DNA of 64,000 bases from Octopus sinensis. Taxonomy: Eukaryota. Shown in pieces: positions 11,558 through 24,118 of the stretch (positions within the stretch are counted from its first letter, which is position 1; every line of letters starts with the position of its first letter). The stretch is from assembly GCF_006345805.1 (NCBI RefSeq), contig NW_021832222.1, positions 1-64,000 of the forward strand. The letters are read 5' to 3'. The position numbers and the translations under genes were made by a program. Under the pieces are notes generated by a model. It searched no databases. It was not told the origin of the DNA and was given only the letters and a program-made list of their open reading frames with translations.

Positions 11558-14500
11558 ATGGGTGTTCCTAAGTTATTTTGGTTTGTTCGTAACCGGTACA
11601 AAAATATAATGAAGGATGCAAGGAAACACGATGTATTTGCATGAATAATTATTTTACAAGTTCGGTCCTGTCGACAACTGCTACGTCGATATGAATTCGA
11701 TAATACACAACTGTATTCCAAAAGTGGCCAAAGGAAATATTTATACATCAAAAACAGATCTTATCTGTTTGAGAGTGATCGCATATTTGGATGTTAGTCC
11801 TCTCTATATTTCATCATAAAGCATCTCGTTGAACTTGTCCAACCCCGCAGAGTTCTGTTCATTGCCATTGACGGAGTTGCTCCTCGTGCCAAAATGAGTC
11901 AGCAACGTAGTCGTAGACATTTGTTTTATTTTTTATTTACTTGATTAGACAACCACACGACGAAAACGAGCCTTTTAATTCAAATTGTATATCGCCCGGT
12001 AAAATGTTGCCGATCATCTATTTTTCAGGAACTGAGTTCATGTCAGAATTAGAGACGTATTTAAACGAATCCGTGGCACGGAAAATGGAGTCTGATCCAC
12101 GTTGGAGCCATCTTAAAGTCTACATTTCTGGAAATTTAACTCCCGACGAAGGAGAACATAAAATAATGTCTTTTATTCGTCAGTCTCAACTCAGTGCGGA
12201 CTACAATCCATCTTGGAGACATTGCATTTGTGGTCTCGATAGTGATTTGGTTATTCTTTGATATTAATTGAGTAGCTCTACCTTATGCTAACTTCCCACG
12301 AATTGAATTTCGTTTGGTTGAGAGAAGATGGAAGAATTATGTTTGTATATGTAATATCACGTTATAGAAACTGCGATGCTTCAAAAAATGAATTTAAAAT
12401 CATTTATCTTTCCTTGTTTGTAGAATTTGTCGAGAATGAGTTCAAAGAGGCGATTGTAAGTATTATTTGATTATTGGCAGACTAAAATGACGTTTTCCTA
12501 CGTCAAGAGTCGATTTCTTGATGATTTTGTGTTGCTGTCGTTTTTTGTGGGAAATGACTTTATTCCACATCTTCCATTTTTCAATATGGATCGAGAGTCG
12601 CTCTCTGAATATATATGGGAGGCATATAAACGAATACTTCCCGATTTAGACGGTGATTTCAGTTGTATTTATTTTATAGACTATATTGTGGCCATTGACG
12701 GTAAAATTAATCCAACACGACTTGAATCGTTGATTACGGTTCTTCGTCAGATGGATTTTGAACTCTATCTCAAAAGAGAAATGCCATATGTTCTCCCCAG
12801 AGACCCCGAGTTGTCACTGGAGCAAACCATGAGGGATCTTCAAATTGAAAATTTCGACTTTGATCCAAAAGAATTTGAGGAGTCTGACCTAGAATCTGAA
12901 AAAGTATGTAAAATGTCATCAATTCAACCAACACACGAGAGAACACACGAGAGAAAGGATTTTGATATAAATCAGAGTAAACATCATTCCTTTTTGATTA
13001 AAGTGAGTGAAGAGCAAATAAAGAAGTCTAAACAATTGTTTAAAAAAGAAAGAGTTGGTCACTACCTGCAAAAAATAGATCCTTCATTCGACGAGTTTGC
13101 AAAATTTTTTTTTATTATAGAAAAGACTGTGCTAATTTTTCAAAGATGTATTTGATCACTATTCAGTGGATAATGTATTATTATAGAAGTGGTTGTCCTT
13201 CCTATACTTGGTAGGGTTATACTTTTTAATATTTAAAGGGCCTATTTCTGTAATTATGCTCCATATGTAAGTGATATCGAACAACTTCCTGCTGTAATTG
13301 AATTTGATAATTATGTTCCTCCATTTTCCCCGTTTGAGCAGTTAGTAGGGATCGTCCCACTTAGTTGTCGTGATCTTGTTCCCAAACCATTTCAGGTTTA
13401 ATTATAAAGTTTATTTTAGTGTCTGATATCGATGACTGATTCCCCACTTTCACAATATTTTGTGACGGAGTTTAAAACAGATTTGTTTCAAAAGATTTCT
13501 GAATGGGAGAAGATTGCACTTATTCCTTTTATTGACATGGTTTGTATTTCTGATTTATGTTTCTATTTTTAGAATGACGTCAAAGCTGCTATTGAGCCAC
13601 TACGTCATCTTCTCTCTCCAGAAGAAGCAGAGCGAGATTGTATTAAGCCGTTTATTATTTATGTGAATAACGAGTTGACTGATTTTTGTCAATTTATTTA
13701 GGAAATATTATCTGGAGTGGGAACCCTTCTCAAAATCGAGATCTGATTATGTTATGTCAGAAAGACACCATCTCCGTAATTTTTCAATTCCTTTGCTACA
13801 AAGAGTCGATGTTACTGTTTATATATATTTCTCAATTACCATCAGATTAGCATTCAGTACTCTTCTTATTCTTCGTATATGATGGTGGAAGTGAGCGAGT
13901 CTTCTCACTCTATTGTGCATTTTGATTTTCTCTTATTTTCAGAATCCTAAATATTTGAAGAACAGGAATCTGTGTTACAACTGGCCACATTTGAAGGAAG
14001 GGAGAGTGGTGGAAGTGCATTCTCCTGAACTAAATATTGGCTGTATGTCCAAAGAGCAATTTGAAGTTGTCAGTCGAGATTTATTGTCGAGGTGAATTGA
14101 AATATCGTTATAAAAAAGATACGCCTTCGAACAAAACATTTTCCTCAATTCTGTTTCTGTGATACTGGATATTTGTCCATTTGTTGGATTTGGTTTTTGT
14201 TATTGCAAAAAATTAAAATTCTCAAAACGCTATGATATGAACAATATTACCCAACATCCTTCTCAGACAACATATATGGTATTACTTTAAACTAGTATGT
14301 TCTCAGAAATGTTTTGAGCATGTCCCTACGCTTAAGCTAAGTGAATTGTTTCCTCGGAATTCTACTGTTTATATACTTCGCGATGATTTTATTGGCTGCA
14401 GAGGAGTAATAAAGAATGCTCCCTCCAATGAATTTGTTTCTGTCAACATTCGTCAGGAATATTGCGAAGAATTGTCTTGTTTGGAAAATGAGAAAGATGT

Positions 14501-16929
14501 TTATTATCATATTTATTTTTGTAGTTTCTAGACAATGGGTATATTTCTCAGTCAAGAATGGCAGAATTGTTTGGTATCTCTGCGTCTTTTTTGGAGAAAG
14601 TGCTTGGGTACCAAAAATTAAAAATTGGGCCAAGAGTATTTATTAACATTGGTTTGGAAATAAAGAACACTGCAGAGAACTCTGTTAGTTTCACAAAGTA
14701 TTTTTAGATTATTGGATATTCTCTGTTTTTGGATTCTGTATGGCATTTCTCTCCAAAGTCATTTGAACTCGTCAAAGAATATTGTATCAGGTTTGTGATT
14801 GTCCATATTTTTGTAGATTTCCCAACTTGTTTAGTAATTGGTCAAAACTTTTGAGTTATTGCATTTCCTCGAAAGATATTCTCAATGGCTGCCGGTTCTT
14901 TTCATGCTACTAATTTTTTCAGGGCTGAAGAAACACTGGAAAGTGTCTCAGACTTTCTCTATCAAGTCAAATCACAATTTGTGATCTGTAAGAATACATT
15001 GGATTACGTGGATCCTGAGCTTTATCCCCGAATTCAAGAAACAGTGAAGAAAACATACTTCAAAGAAGTTACTGGAAAATTTAACATTGAAGAACTCTTG
15101 CCAGTATGCTTGTGTAGTAATGCAGCTAGACATGTGAAAATCTGGATTATGTTATCTTTCCTAGCTACTACAAATTCCCATCTGTTTCATATCAATGCTT
15201 GCAAAGAGTTTTTTACATAAAGAAATCCTTGAATATTCCTTTTGGCTCTCGTGGGACAGTAGTTTGGATATTAATGGATGCAGATGGAACTATAGGAGTA
15301 TTATTTGATCATTTGTCAGATAATCTAAATTGCATGAACCAGTAAACACTCGTATGATTTGGTTAGAGTTGTGCAAGTCAAATCGGCTGATGTTCTACCT
15401 CTGAAAGTAGTTTCAAAAACTGAGAAAGTATTTGTAAAATCAACAAAACCTTTTGAAAAATCAAAATCTGGTCCGAATAAGAAATTGAAAACGAAAGATT
15501 TATTAATGAAGATAGCAAAAGGTATTTCTTGTATTTCAATTTTGCTACTAGTTAATAATAATTTGAATGCTGCAAGTTCTCAGGTTATTGTTATAATAGT
15601 AACATTAGAAAGCGAGCTGGCCTTCTTCTCAAGATTTTAGGAGCGATGTTCGTGGTTGTGCCCAAAGTGATAGAAGTTGCACTGAAGCAACCCAAAAGAT
15701 TTCTGATACTGAAACACTGTATGATCAAAGTCGACAAAAATTGGATACTATTACAAAATCATCACATATTGCTACAGATAATCCACAGTCTGGTCTTGGG
15801 TCATCAGATCCTTCTGATATACAGGATACTGAGTTAAGGAAACAGTCTCTTCAAATTAGTGATGCTGGGGCAGGGGTCCAAATTAATGATTGGAAAGAAG
15901 AATTGACGACTAAAAATGTTATTAATGATCCGGTAGTGCTGAGTGATGTTCATCAGTCAAAGGATCGAGATACAAAGCTTAAAATTGTTACCAGAAATCA
16001 ATTCAAAAAGAGTGATGTTCTGCCTTTAGAGCTATCTGATGATCGAAGGTCAACACATAAAGATATCGACATGGATACAGTAGAACAAACTACTATCCAG
16101 CAAACAGAGCAAAGTCGTGACCCAAACTCAGCAGTTGGAGATACAGTTTTGGAAAATAGTCCTCGTCCATCAATTCAAGATCAAAAGCTAACGCCGAAAG
16201 ATGCTATCAGGGATAAATTTATGAACAGTATTATTCGGGAATCAAAGCCGGCTGATGATCGAAATTTACCAAATAAGAAAGCTTTGAGTGTCACTCGTTC
16301 TCAGTTTGAGCCCAGGGGTGTTCATCAATCGCGTATATCTCAAAATCGAATGCGAATGTCTGGGAATCCTATTATTAATCCGCAATTACAGCCAATGTTT
16401 GGATATCCTTATTTTCCTGGCTATATGATGCCTTCTCCGTGTATCGAAAATGTTTTTGAATTGTTTATTTTTGTAGTATGCAAGCCGAAGTTCGTCAATT
16501 GACGTCGAAACTCCGTTTACTGACTATTCTCAATATCTTTTCAATGCATCCATGGCAGTAATGGGATTTCCCCCCGTGCATCGAACTATATTTGATGGAA
16601 CGGTAGTCTGTTTATGAGTCACGATAGAATTACCAAACTATTATAATAATTGGATCAGTTTCTATTTCTGGGTTAAATGTGAACAATGTCATAAACGCTG
16701 TTAACTCAGCGTGTTCTGAGGCAATTAAATATTTAAGTCAAGTTATATTTGTGTTTAAATTTTAGTTCGACCAAAGTACGCAATTTTATCAACGTACCGA
16801 AACTAACCCTAATAACTACAGTTTGTCTCAATATCCACGACCGTACTTTTTTTATTATTTAAACGTAGGCCTAATCCGAATTCGATGCGTTTTGATAATT
16901 TCTTTAACAACCAAAACTTTCGTTTTTGA
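11558..16929 (+). CDS. XRN1: 5'-3' exoribonuclease XRN1
   Basis: MGVPKLF start at 11558, [42 protein letters not shown]|[35 protein letters not shown] and [10 protein letters not shown] (XRN1-type C-terminal domains). The 3' exons are less certain. Inferred stop 16927-16929. Confidence 0.9.
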
Positions 16930-16960
16930 TTTTAATTTCTTTTTTTAATTGGCATAATTA

Positions 16961-19366
16961 TTACTCATCAAAATCTGTTAGTATATTTCCTCTATTTCAG
17001 ACCATTGACTTGTGTCCTCGTCTTCTTTTGTTATTTTTTCCATTGCAGAAATTGGGGTGCTTGATAGTGGTTTATAACGATTCGGACTTGATTTCGGTCT
17101 CCTGTCATTATGACTATTTTTTCAACTACTTGTCTTTTCTAAGTTCCCCTTCTAGTAGTTCTGAAATAGGTTCATAGTCGCTGTTGTCTAAATCCTCCCT
17201 GCTTTTCTATTTTTATAAGTTCTATACGTCAAATCTAACTTGAATTGGTTTTTTTCTAAAGTTTTTAAATAATTAAACAGGCTTACGATTTCTGATGTTT
17301 TAATTCTTCCACCACGGGAATAAATTTTCGATGTTTTCCAGAGGTTAGCTCAGAATTGTGTAGAATTTTTTCTTTTAGAGAACTAAATCACATATTTTTA
17401 GTGTGATACAGTTTGTTTGTTGATGAAGAGCCAAAGTGTTGGTCTGCATATAAACTTAGTATGTGTATACTTGAAAAATTAATGCGCTTGTTAGCTTGTT
17501 CTTCTGCTGTTTTTCGATGCATCATGAATACCTTTTCATTCTTCTTATAAATAAATTAAGTGTACATGATTTCTTTTTGTTTCTTCTAAATGTTTCCGTG
17601 AAAGAATTTTGAGTTTTTGTTCATTAATTCCTTTCAAGGACTAAATCATGATTCAAATAAATTCTTCCTCAGAAATGTTGTTTTCAGACAAAATCTTAAA
17701 TAAATTTTCTTGACATATTTTTCTCTGTTGTTGAAATGTCTTACTGCCAAATTTTAGTAATTTTATACTATTGTATAGGCGCTATAAAAGTAAGTATATC
17801 GATAATGTACGTTTATCGTCGATTTTCTTTACTGCCCGTTCTTTAGGTTCTATGATATGCTCCACATTCTATACTATATAAGATAATGATTTACTCGATC
17901 ATGAATTTGTTTAAGACTTAATATTTCTTGTCTGAGTCGTTTTATTATTTCATTTGACTAAATACAATTATTTTATGACTACATCTGAAATCTTGTCTTC
18001 ATATTCTTTGCAAGTTTCAATCAGTTGATTGTTAAATTCTTTCTCTTGCTCTTCCGAGAATTTTTTAAATTCTTTTTTAATTCTTTTAATCTAATTATCT
18101 AAAGCTTATTATAGTATACTTGAGCTTGATGCTGCTCTTTGATTTCTGTGATCATTTGAGTATTATCAACCAGTTTCTCAACCACTTTAACAGTTTCTAT
18201 TTATTTTTAATATCAAATTTACCTTTTGGGGTATTCAATTGATTTAATTCATCTTCGACTTCCTTTTGTTGTTTTTTTATTTGATTCATGTCTGAAGCAA
18301 GTTCGTTTCTCATTAAATCAAGCATTTCCTGTGAAAATAAACTCATTTTAACTTTACCAGAATACTTGTTTTATCAATTTGTCCTTCCAGTTTCTAGAAA
18401 GTATTAACAAATTTAAAACTTGGACGAGCTCTTTTTCAAAAGCAACGATCATTTCTTTTATATGTAATAAATTTTGGTTTAAATTTTCTTTTTTGGTTTC
18501 TTCGTCTTGTTTCTATGCTAATTATTTGTCTTTAGCTAACTCTAAAAATGTCCATTTTCGTTTCATATTGGGATAATTGTTTTTTTAAAGCAATGATTTC
18601 GTTATTAATAGAAAGTTCTATTTGATCTTTATGTTTGACTTCTTTCCGACACATTGACTAAAATTGGAAAATTTAAATTGAATACTTCAAAATTGAATTC
18701 ATTTTTCTGCTCTGGATGTCTCCTTTGGACATGAGCTATCACATAATAAGGGGCAATAAATATTTTTTGACAAAATGGGCACTAAATATGATCAATACCT
18801 CGATATATACAGAAGACGGTCCTCCATTTCCAGTAACTATCATTTGCTGTTGTGAGGCAAGTAGACTTTTCCTCATTAGACATTCTTTTTTTAATTTTTC
18901 GTATTCTCTTGTGCTATCTATAAGTTTCTTCTCTGATTCATGACAATTCTAATATTAAAATCTAACAAAAACCTGTTCTGAATTTTTAAGCTTGTCTCCT
19001 AGTGCAACTATCACTCCGCTCAAATATTCTTGACAGTCCTGAAATAGTTTTAATTATTCAAAACAATTTGATTCCTTATGGCAACTTGAGCCAACTCAAA
19101 AAGCTTAAGTAGATTTTTATCCACGTTGGTAACGTCCTAATATATTTTTTAACTTTAAAATACAAATTCCGAATATAAATTGCAGCATAGAATATTTTCT
19201 ATGTTTTCTTGAATTGCAGGATGATTCGGATTATTTCTAACTGCATTCAAATCAAGCGATGCTTGAAAGATCTTTTTAAATAATTTTTACCAAGTTTTCT
19301 CCAATCAAAATTAAAATACCCTCGGGAACCCATACTGACAATAGGTTGTTGTCTAGTAAATGACAT
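16961..19366 (-). CDS. DZIP1: DZIP1/Iguana-like ciliary basal-body zinc-finger coiled-coil protein
   Basis: Spliced N-terminus FDWRKL|ASLDLNAV...IQENIENILCCNL...VDKNLLKLFELAQ...CQEYL (Dzip-like_N). C2H2 finger CPFCQKIFIAPYYVIAHVQRRH at about 18715-18781, then coiled-coil exons. Absent from the ORF track. Confidence 0.8.
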
Positions 19367-21015
19367 AGTAACATAATTTAATATTTTTCTAATAAATTAA
19401 GCTATTATTGTTACTTATATTTATAAGGCTATAAAATTCTCATCAGTAGTATGTTTTTTAGTTTATATAAAAATTCAGAGATACATTGACTAGATCAGTA
19501 AAACTCTCTAAATATACATTTATTTAATGTTTATAACCCCGCATGTGCAGCAAAATATATTAGAGAACTAATTAGATTGCTACAGGCTCTCATGTTCTTA
19601 GCTAGGCTCCTCAGAGAGTCCAGATCGTCACTAGATGCAAATGTTTTTTCACGATTTTCAGATCGTTTTGTTAAACAATTAGGAGGTTAGTTCTAAGTCT
19701 TTCACGAAAGCGTCCTACATTGGAGGAAGGGTAGTAATCATTTATTGCAATGTTCAGAAGAATGTCGGTTCTAAACTACGGACGTATTCAAAAAGTCTGC
19801 TACGAGAGCTAATAATTTCGCGACTTATTGGCGACAGTCACACTTATTGTACAGTCCACTCCGCGAGATCCTGGATGGCCAGGACATTCCAGTTATGTTT
19901 CCTAAATGATTCCTGCAAAACGAGACGAGCCCCTCTAATTCCTCTTTTGTTGTGCCCAGGTCCCAGAGTTGTATAGGAGGATTGGTTTTATAAATGTGTC
20001 ATATAGCATTATTTTTTTATTCTCTTTTCGTTTTAGCCATAGGTTTTTCATCCTGTGTAATGCCGCGTTTGCCAAGGTTTTTCTTCGAATGATATCTTCA
20101 CTGTCTCCTAATAGAGAACCAAGTTTCTTAGTTTTTCTCCATTTCTCTTCGAGTAGGTTATTCATTCGTCTTATTTCTATCAGTTCTGTTTTTTCCTTGT
20201 TCGCGGTGAGAAACTATTTCTTAATCTGGTGCTTTTTCTCGTACATTTTCCTGAAGTTCTTCCTGGAGATTAAGTCGACATCATTGGCATAAATCACTTC
20301 TTCTATTTTTCCTTGGTATAATCGTCTCAGTTTCCTCATAGTGGCCTACAAGTATATTGTGAATAGTAGCGGAGACAAGGAGTCTCCCTGAGGAGTGCCT
20401 GTGTTTGTTTCAAATTTCCTTGAGTAGGTTTTTCCAACCCTCACAGGGAGCTCTGTGTTAGATAGAAGGATTTGGGTATTCTTTGACTCGATTCGTCGAT
20501 AATCCCTTCCTGCACTGTCATCAGTTTCTTCCTGTTGACCGAGTCGAAGGCTTTTGATAGATCTAATCTCAGAATGTGGATGACATTGTAATATCTTTGA
20601 TGTGTCGCACATATCCATCCATCTGTGACTCCATTCTGCATCAGCTGTTGATCTTTCTTCTCTGAACCCACTTTGACTTTTGGGTAAGTAGGCTAGTCCT
20701 TTTAATCGTTCCAATACAATGTTGGCTAAGACTTTTTGTAAAGAATTTGATAATATAATTGGTCGTAGGTTTTTAACCGGTCTTGGGTTTATTTGGTTTT
20801 TGTAGTATTAGTAATCCCGTCCCCAGGGGCATAGTTGCGTTATTTTCAAACATTTCATTTAGTAGTGTAGCGATTTTTCCAAAAAAAGAGTCAGGGCCAT
20901 ATTTTAGTAATTCTGAGTTTATCGTACCTACTCCAGGGCTTTTGTTATTTTTTAGTTTTTGACATGCTCTTTTTACTTCAAGATTGTTATTGGTTACTTT
21001 AGGGGTATGGGCTTT

Positions 21016-21051
21016 CCATTATTATTATTATTATTAAAATAATAATAATGG
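21016..21051. repeat. Hairpin-forming (ATT)n/(AAT)n inverted microsatellite inside the RTE copy
   Basis: CCATTATTATTATT...AATAATAATAATGG form perfect 14-bp inverted arms. Confidence 0.7.
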
Positions 21052-22375
21052 AGGGATTGCTGTAGTCACATTGAAAAGTTTCTCAAAATGTGTAGAAATT
21101 ACGTCCGCTTGCTCCTCAGTATTCAGTAATGTCTTGCCATTTTTATCCTTGATGAATATTCGTTCTTTCCGGTTTATGTGTCTTAGTAGACTTTTACTTT
21201 TAAGAATTATCTTTTAGTTTGAATATTTCATTGATTTTGCGAAGCAGATCTTCTGATTTTTCTACGGATTTGGTTCTCCTGCACCTGAAGGGCTTTTCTC
21301 TTGTTATAGTCTTTTTCATTTAGCTCCTTTGCTAGTTATGTATTTACCGTCCGATCTGTACTGGCCGTCTCCCTCGTTTCTAGGATTGCTGCTTCTTTTA
21401 TTATGTGATTTATGCCATCCTACCAAATTCCTACTGTTTAGTCTTTGTAATTTTTGACTGTAATTAGTTTAGAGGTCAGTTTTCCCGTTGAGTATCCATT
21501 TCTTTTATTCTTAGTAAAATTGTTTGTAATGTTTTTTATGTTTCTTATGTTTGATGCCATTTGATGACTGAAGGTGATAATAACCATTCTGTGATCGCTG
21601 ACAATTGTTGAACCTTTGTATAAGCCTGCGTTTATGATAAAGCGTTTATCATTAATCCGGCATAAAATATAATCAATCTGGTTGTATATAAGGAGCAGTT
21701 TTCCTTTCGGGTTTCTTTGTTCGCTGAAATTATTATAAAGATCATTATTTTCGTTACATGTGGCATGCATGATGGGAGAATGCAATATTGCACAAGAACA
21801 GTTTGTTTGTTTTGCTGAAATGCCAAAGTATGGTCCTAGGCATGTTTCTTTTCTCACTTTCGTGTCTTCCCATAAAGGTATCTGAGTTCTTTATTTTTCC
21901 GATTTTCTATCTATGCTAGCCACCTAAAATAATTTTCTAAACATTTCAGAGCATCTAAAAATCGTGATATAAAATATTTAAATTCAACATATTTATCTAA
22001 AAGTGGATTATCAGTCTTTATTTGAAGAAAACTTTTTGTATGGAACACACATCTCTAATAGCATTTGATCGCGATTTCACTATCATCTTATAAAGCCCAT
22101 GATCATTAAAAAACAGACAATTATGACTAGTTGCTTTCAGTTTTCCGAAATACAAATATTAAATAAAGAATATAGTGGACCTCAATAGGAGAGAAAGAAC
22201 TAAATGTTTAGTGTGTTAAAGTTAAGAAAAATAGAAGTCCGGTCAGACAAAGTTCAAGAAAGTATGTTCTTGATTTATTGAGATTCATACTGGAAAGTGA
22301 GCGAAATATACTAAACAAATAAATTGGTTAAACAAATGAATTGGTTTTTTTTGAATATTTTTGGTTTAAATAATC

Positions 22376-22492
22376 GGGGCCAAAATCTCTATGCGCACTC
22401 ACGATCCTCGGAAGGTGGACTGGCTTTTTCAGCGGTTCTCGATCGCCGTTATCCGTGGGAACAGTTTGGCGATCTGCCCAGGCCGCTGGCCC
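22376..22492 (-). ncRNA. Candidate structured RNA at the inferred 5' end of the RTE element (identity unknown)
   Basis: About 60% GC island (70/117 by hand count) in very AT-rich flanks. Nested perfect inverted repeats: cagcgg 22430-35/ccgctg 22483-88, gatcgcc 22441-47/ggcgatc 22468-74, gggcca 22377-82/tggccc 22487-92. Strand inferred from the RTE orientation. Confidence 0.4.
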
Positions 22493-22700
22493 TTTCATCG
22501 ATTAATCTTTTAACACTTTTTACAAATATATAAAATTCTAAAATTAAAAAAAATAAATTATTATTTGACGATAATTAATTTTAATTTAATTAGACTGAAA
22601 TATTTTAATCATTTATTGTTGGTGATCATTAATTATATTAATGAGTAACAAGTTGATTTGTATAAAGTATATTTTAGTAGGCGTTCAAAATCATTCAAAA

Positions 22701-24061
22701 ATGAATCATTCATTCCCCAAATTTATACACCGCCTAATCTATCCCCAGAGTTTTCATGTTTTTTGCATGTATTAAATTTTTTTAATGTCAAAATATCAGG
22801 AAGATCACAAAAAGGGGCTATTAGGCCTATCTGTTAATTCATTTAGCAATGAAGGATTGTTTGCTACTGTCGGCCATAATCGAGTTATTTTAAATTATAT
22901 AATTTACAGATATCTATATATAAAATGACTGAAAATAAAACCTTGAAATTGCTTAGCGTTTATCAAGACGAAGACGTATTTAAGTATTTTAAACTTTAGA
23001 GCGAAGAAAATTTTTATACGTGTGTTTGGAGCTACGATTTTGATGCTGGAGAACCAATCATAGTGGCAGCCGGTTTTAAAGGTCTTATTCGCATTATAAA
23101 TTTAAATTTATTGGACAAAATAAAGGTTTTTTTATTTATAAGATTTTTAAGACTCTTATTGGACACGGAGGACCAGTAAATGATTTAAAAATATATAATA
23201 ATGACCCAAGGTTGATAATATCTGCATCCAAGGGTGTTTTTATATTGTTTAAAACTAGATTATACAATTATGCTGTGGAATATATCAAGTTTAGTCTGTG
23301 TTATAAAGTTTGGAGGTATTGGTGGACACAGAGATGAAGTAATCACATGTGTATGTATGACTATTTAATATATTAAAGGATATTTGTTTGGATGACAGTA
23401 AAATTGTATCTGGTGGGTCTGATCACTCTATAAAAATATGGTTTGTTAAAAAACCAAAAATTATGGATGCCATCAAAGCATCGCATTCTTATAAGCTTAA
23501 TAGCATCACGTCAGTTTTGAATATTTATCTGTTTTAGGTCATTTGAAACTTTTATTGTTCACTTTCCGGATTTTACAACCAGAAATATTCATCACAATTA
23601 TATTGACTGTGTTCGTTGGTTTGGGAACATTATTTTGTCAAAAGTGTTTGCCAAATTCAATTTATTCTCTTAGTCTTGTGAAAATTGTATAAAATTGTGG
23701 AAACCGAACTACGATTCATGCAATCTTCTAGTTGGTACCCCCGAAATACCTCTTGGATCGGCGACTATTCTTTATACATTTGAATCAGAGGATAACTTTA
23801 TTTGGTATGTCAGGTTTTCGATCGACAAAGAAGGTAAAAGACTTTGTGTTGGGAATAAACTCGGTAAATTGAAAATTTGGGACCTAACAGACGGTCAACA
23901 AATGAGGCAGGGGTGTATAATTTATAAACAGATCTTTGGAATTACCTAAACCGAGCAATTGCAATGCTGTGATTAGACAGACGGCATTCTCTAATGATGG
24001 AATGACAATCTTAGCCGTAGCAGATGATTCTTCTATTTGGAGGTGGGATTTTCCAAATTAG
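22701..24061 (+). CDS. EED: Polycomb PRC2 WD40 subunit EED/ESC
   Basis: [93 protein letters not shown] at 24059-24061. Confidence 0.93.
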
Positions 24062-24118
24062 TTAAACATGATTAAAACTTTTATTAAATGAATATAATTA
24101 TCGCCTTCCTTAATGAAT

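Larger units (their letters stand above)
19540..22495 (-). mobile_element. Degraded, near-full-length RTE-like non-LTR retrotransposon (APE + RT)
   Basis: APE remnants (INQEH at about 22270, NQIDYIL, SDHRMV). RT motifs QSGFR, DLSKAFDSVNR, GTPQGDSLSPLLF and YANDVD. C-terminal KKLGSLLGDSEDI and KPILLYNSGTW. Many frameshifts. Ends approximate. Confidence 0.85.

Noticed and set aside
11509-11751. Minus-strand ORF with PLLEYSCV, resembling a CR1/L2 LINE C-terminus
   Set aside because: It is the antisense of XRN1 exons 1-2 (MGVPK..., DMNSIIHNC).
12931-12954. 12-bp tandem duplication (THERTHER) in XRN1
   Set aside because: An in-frame slippage in a variable loop, with no wider array.
22376-22492. 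Identification as 5S rRNA, U1, vault RNA, or a canonical HDV or hammerhead ribozyme
   Set aside because: Only short partial word matches. There is no 5S helix pattern, no ACUUACC, no proper A/B boxes, and the HDV and hammerhead cores do not fit. Kept as an unidentified structure.
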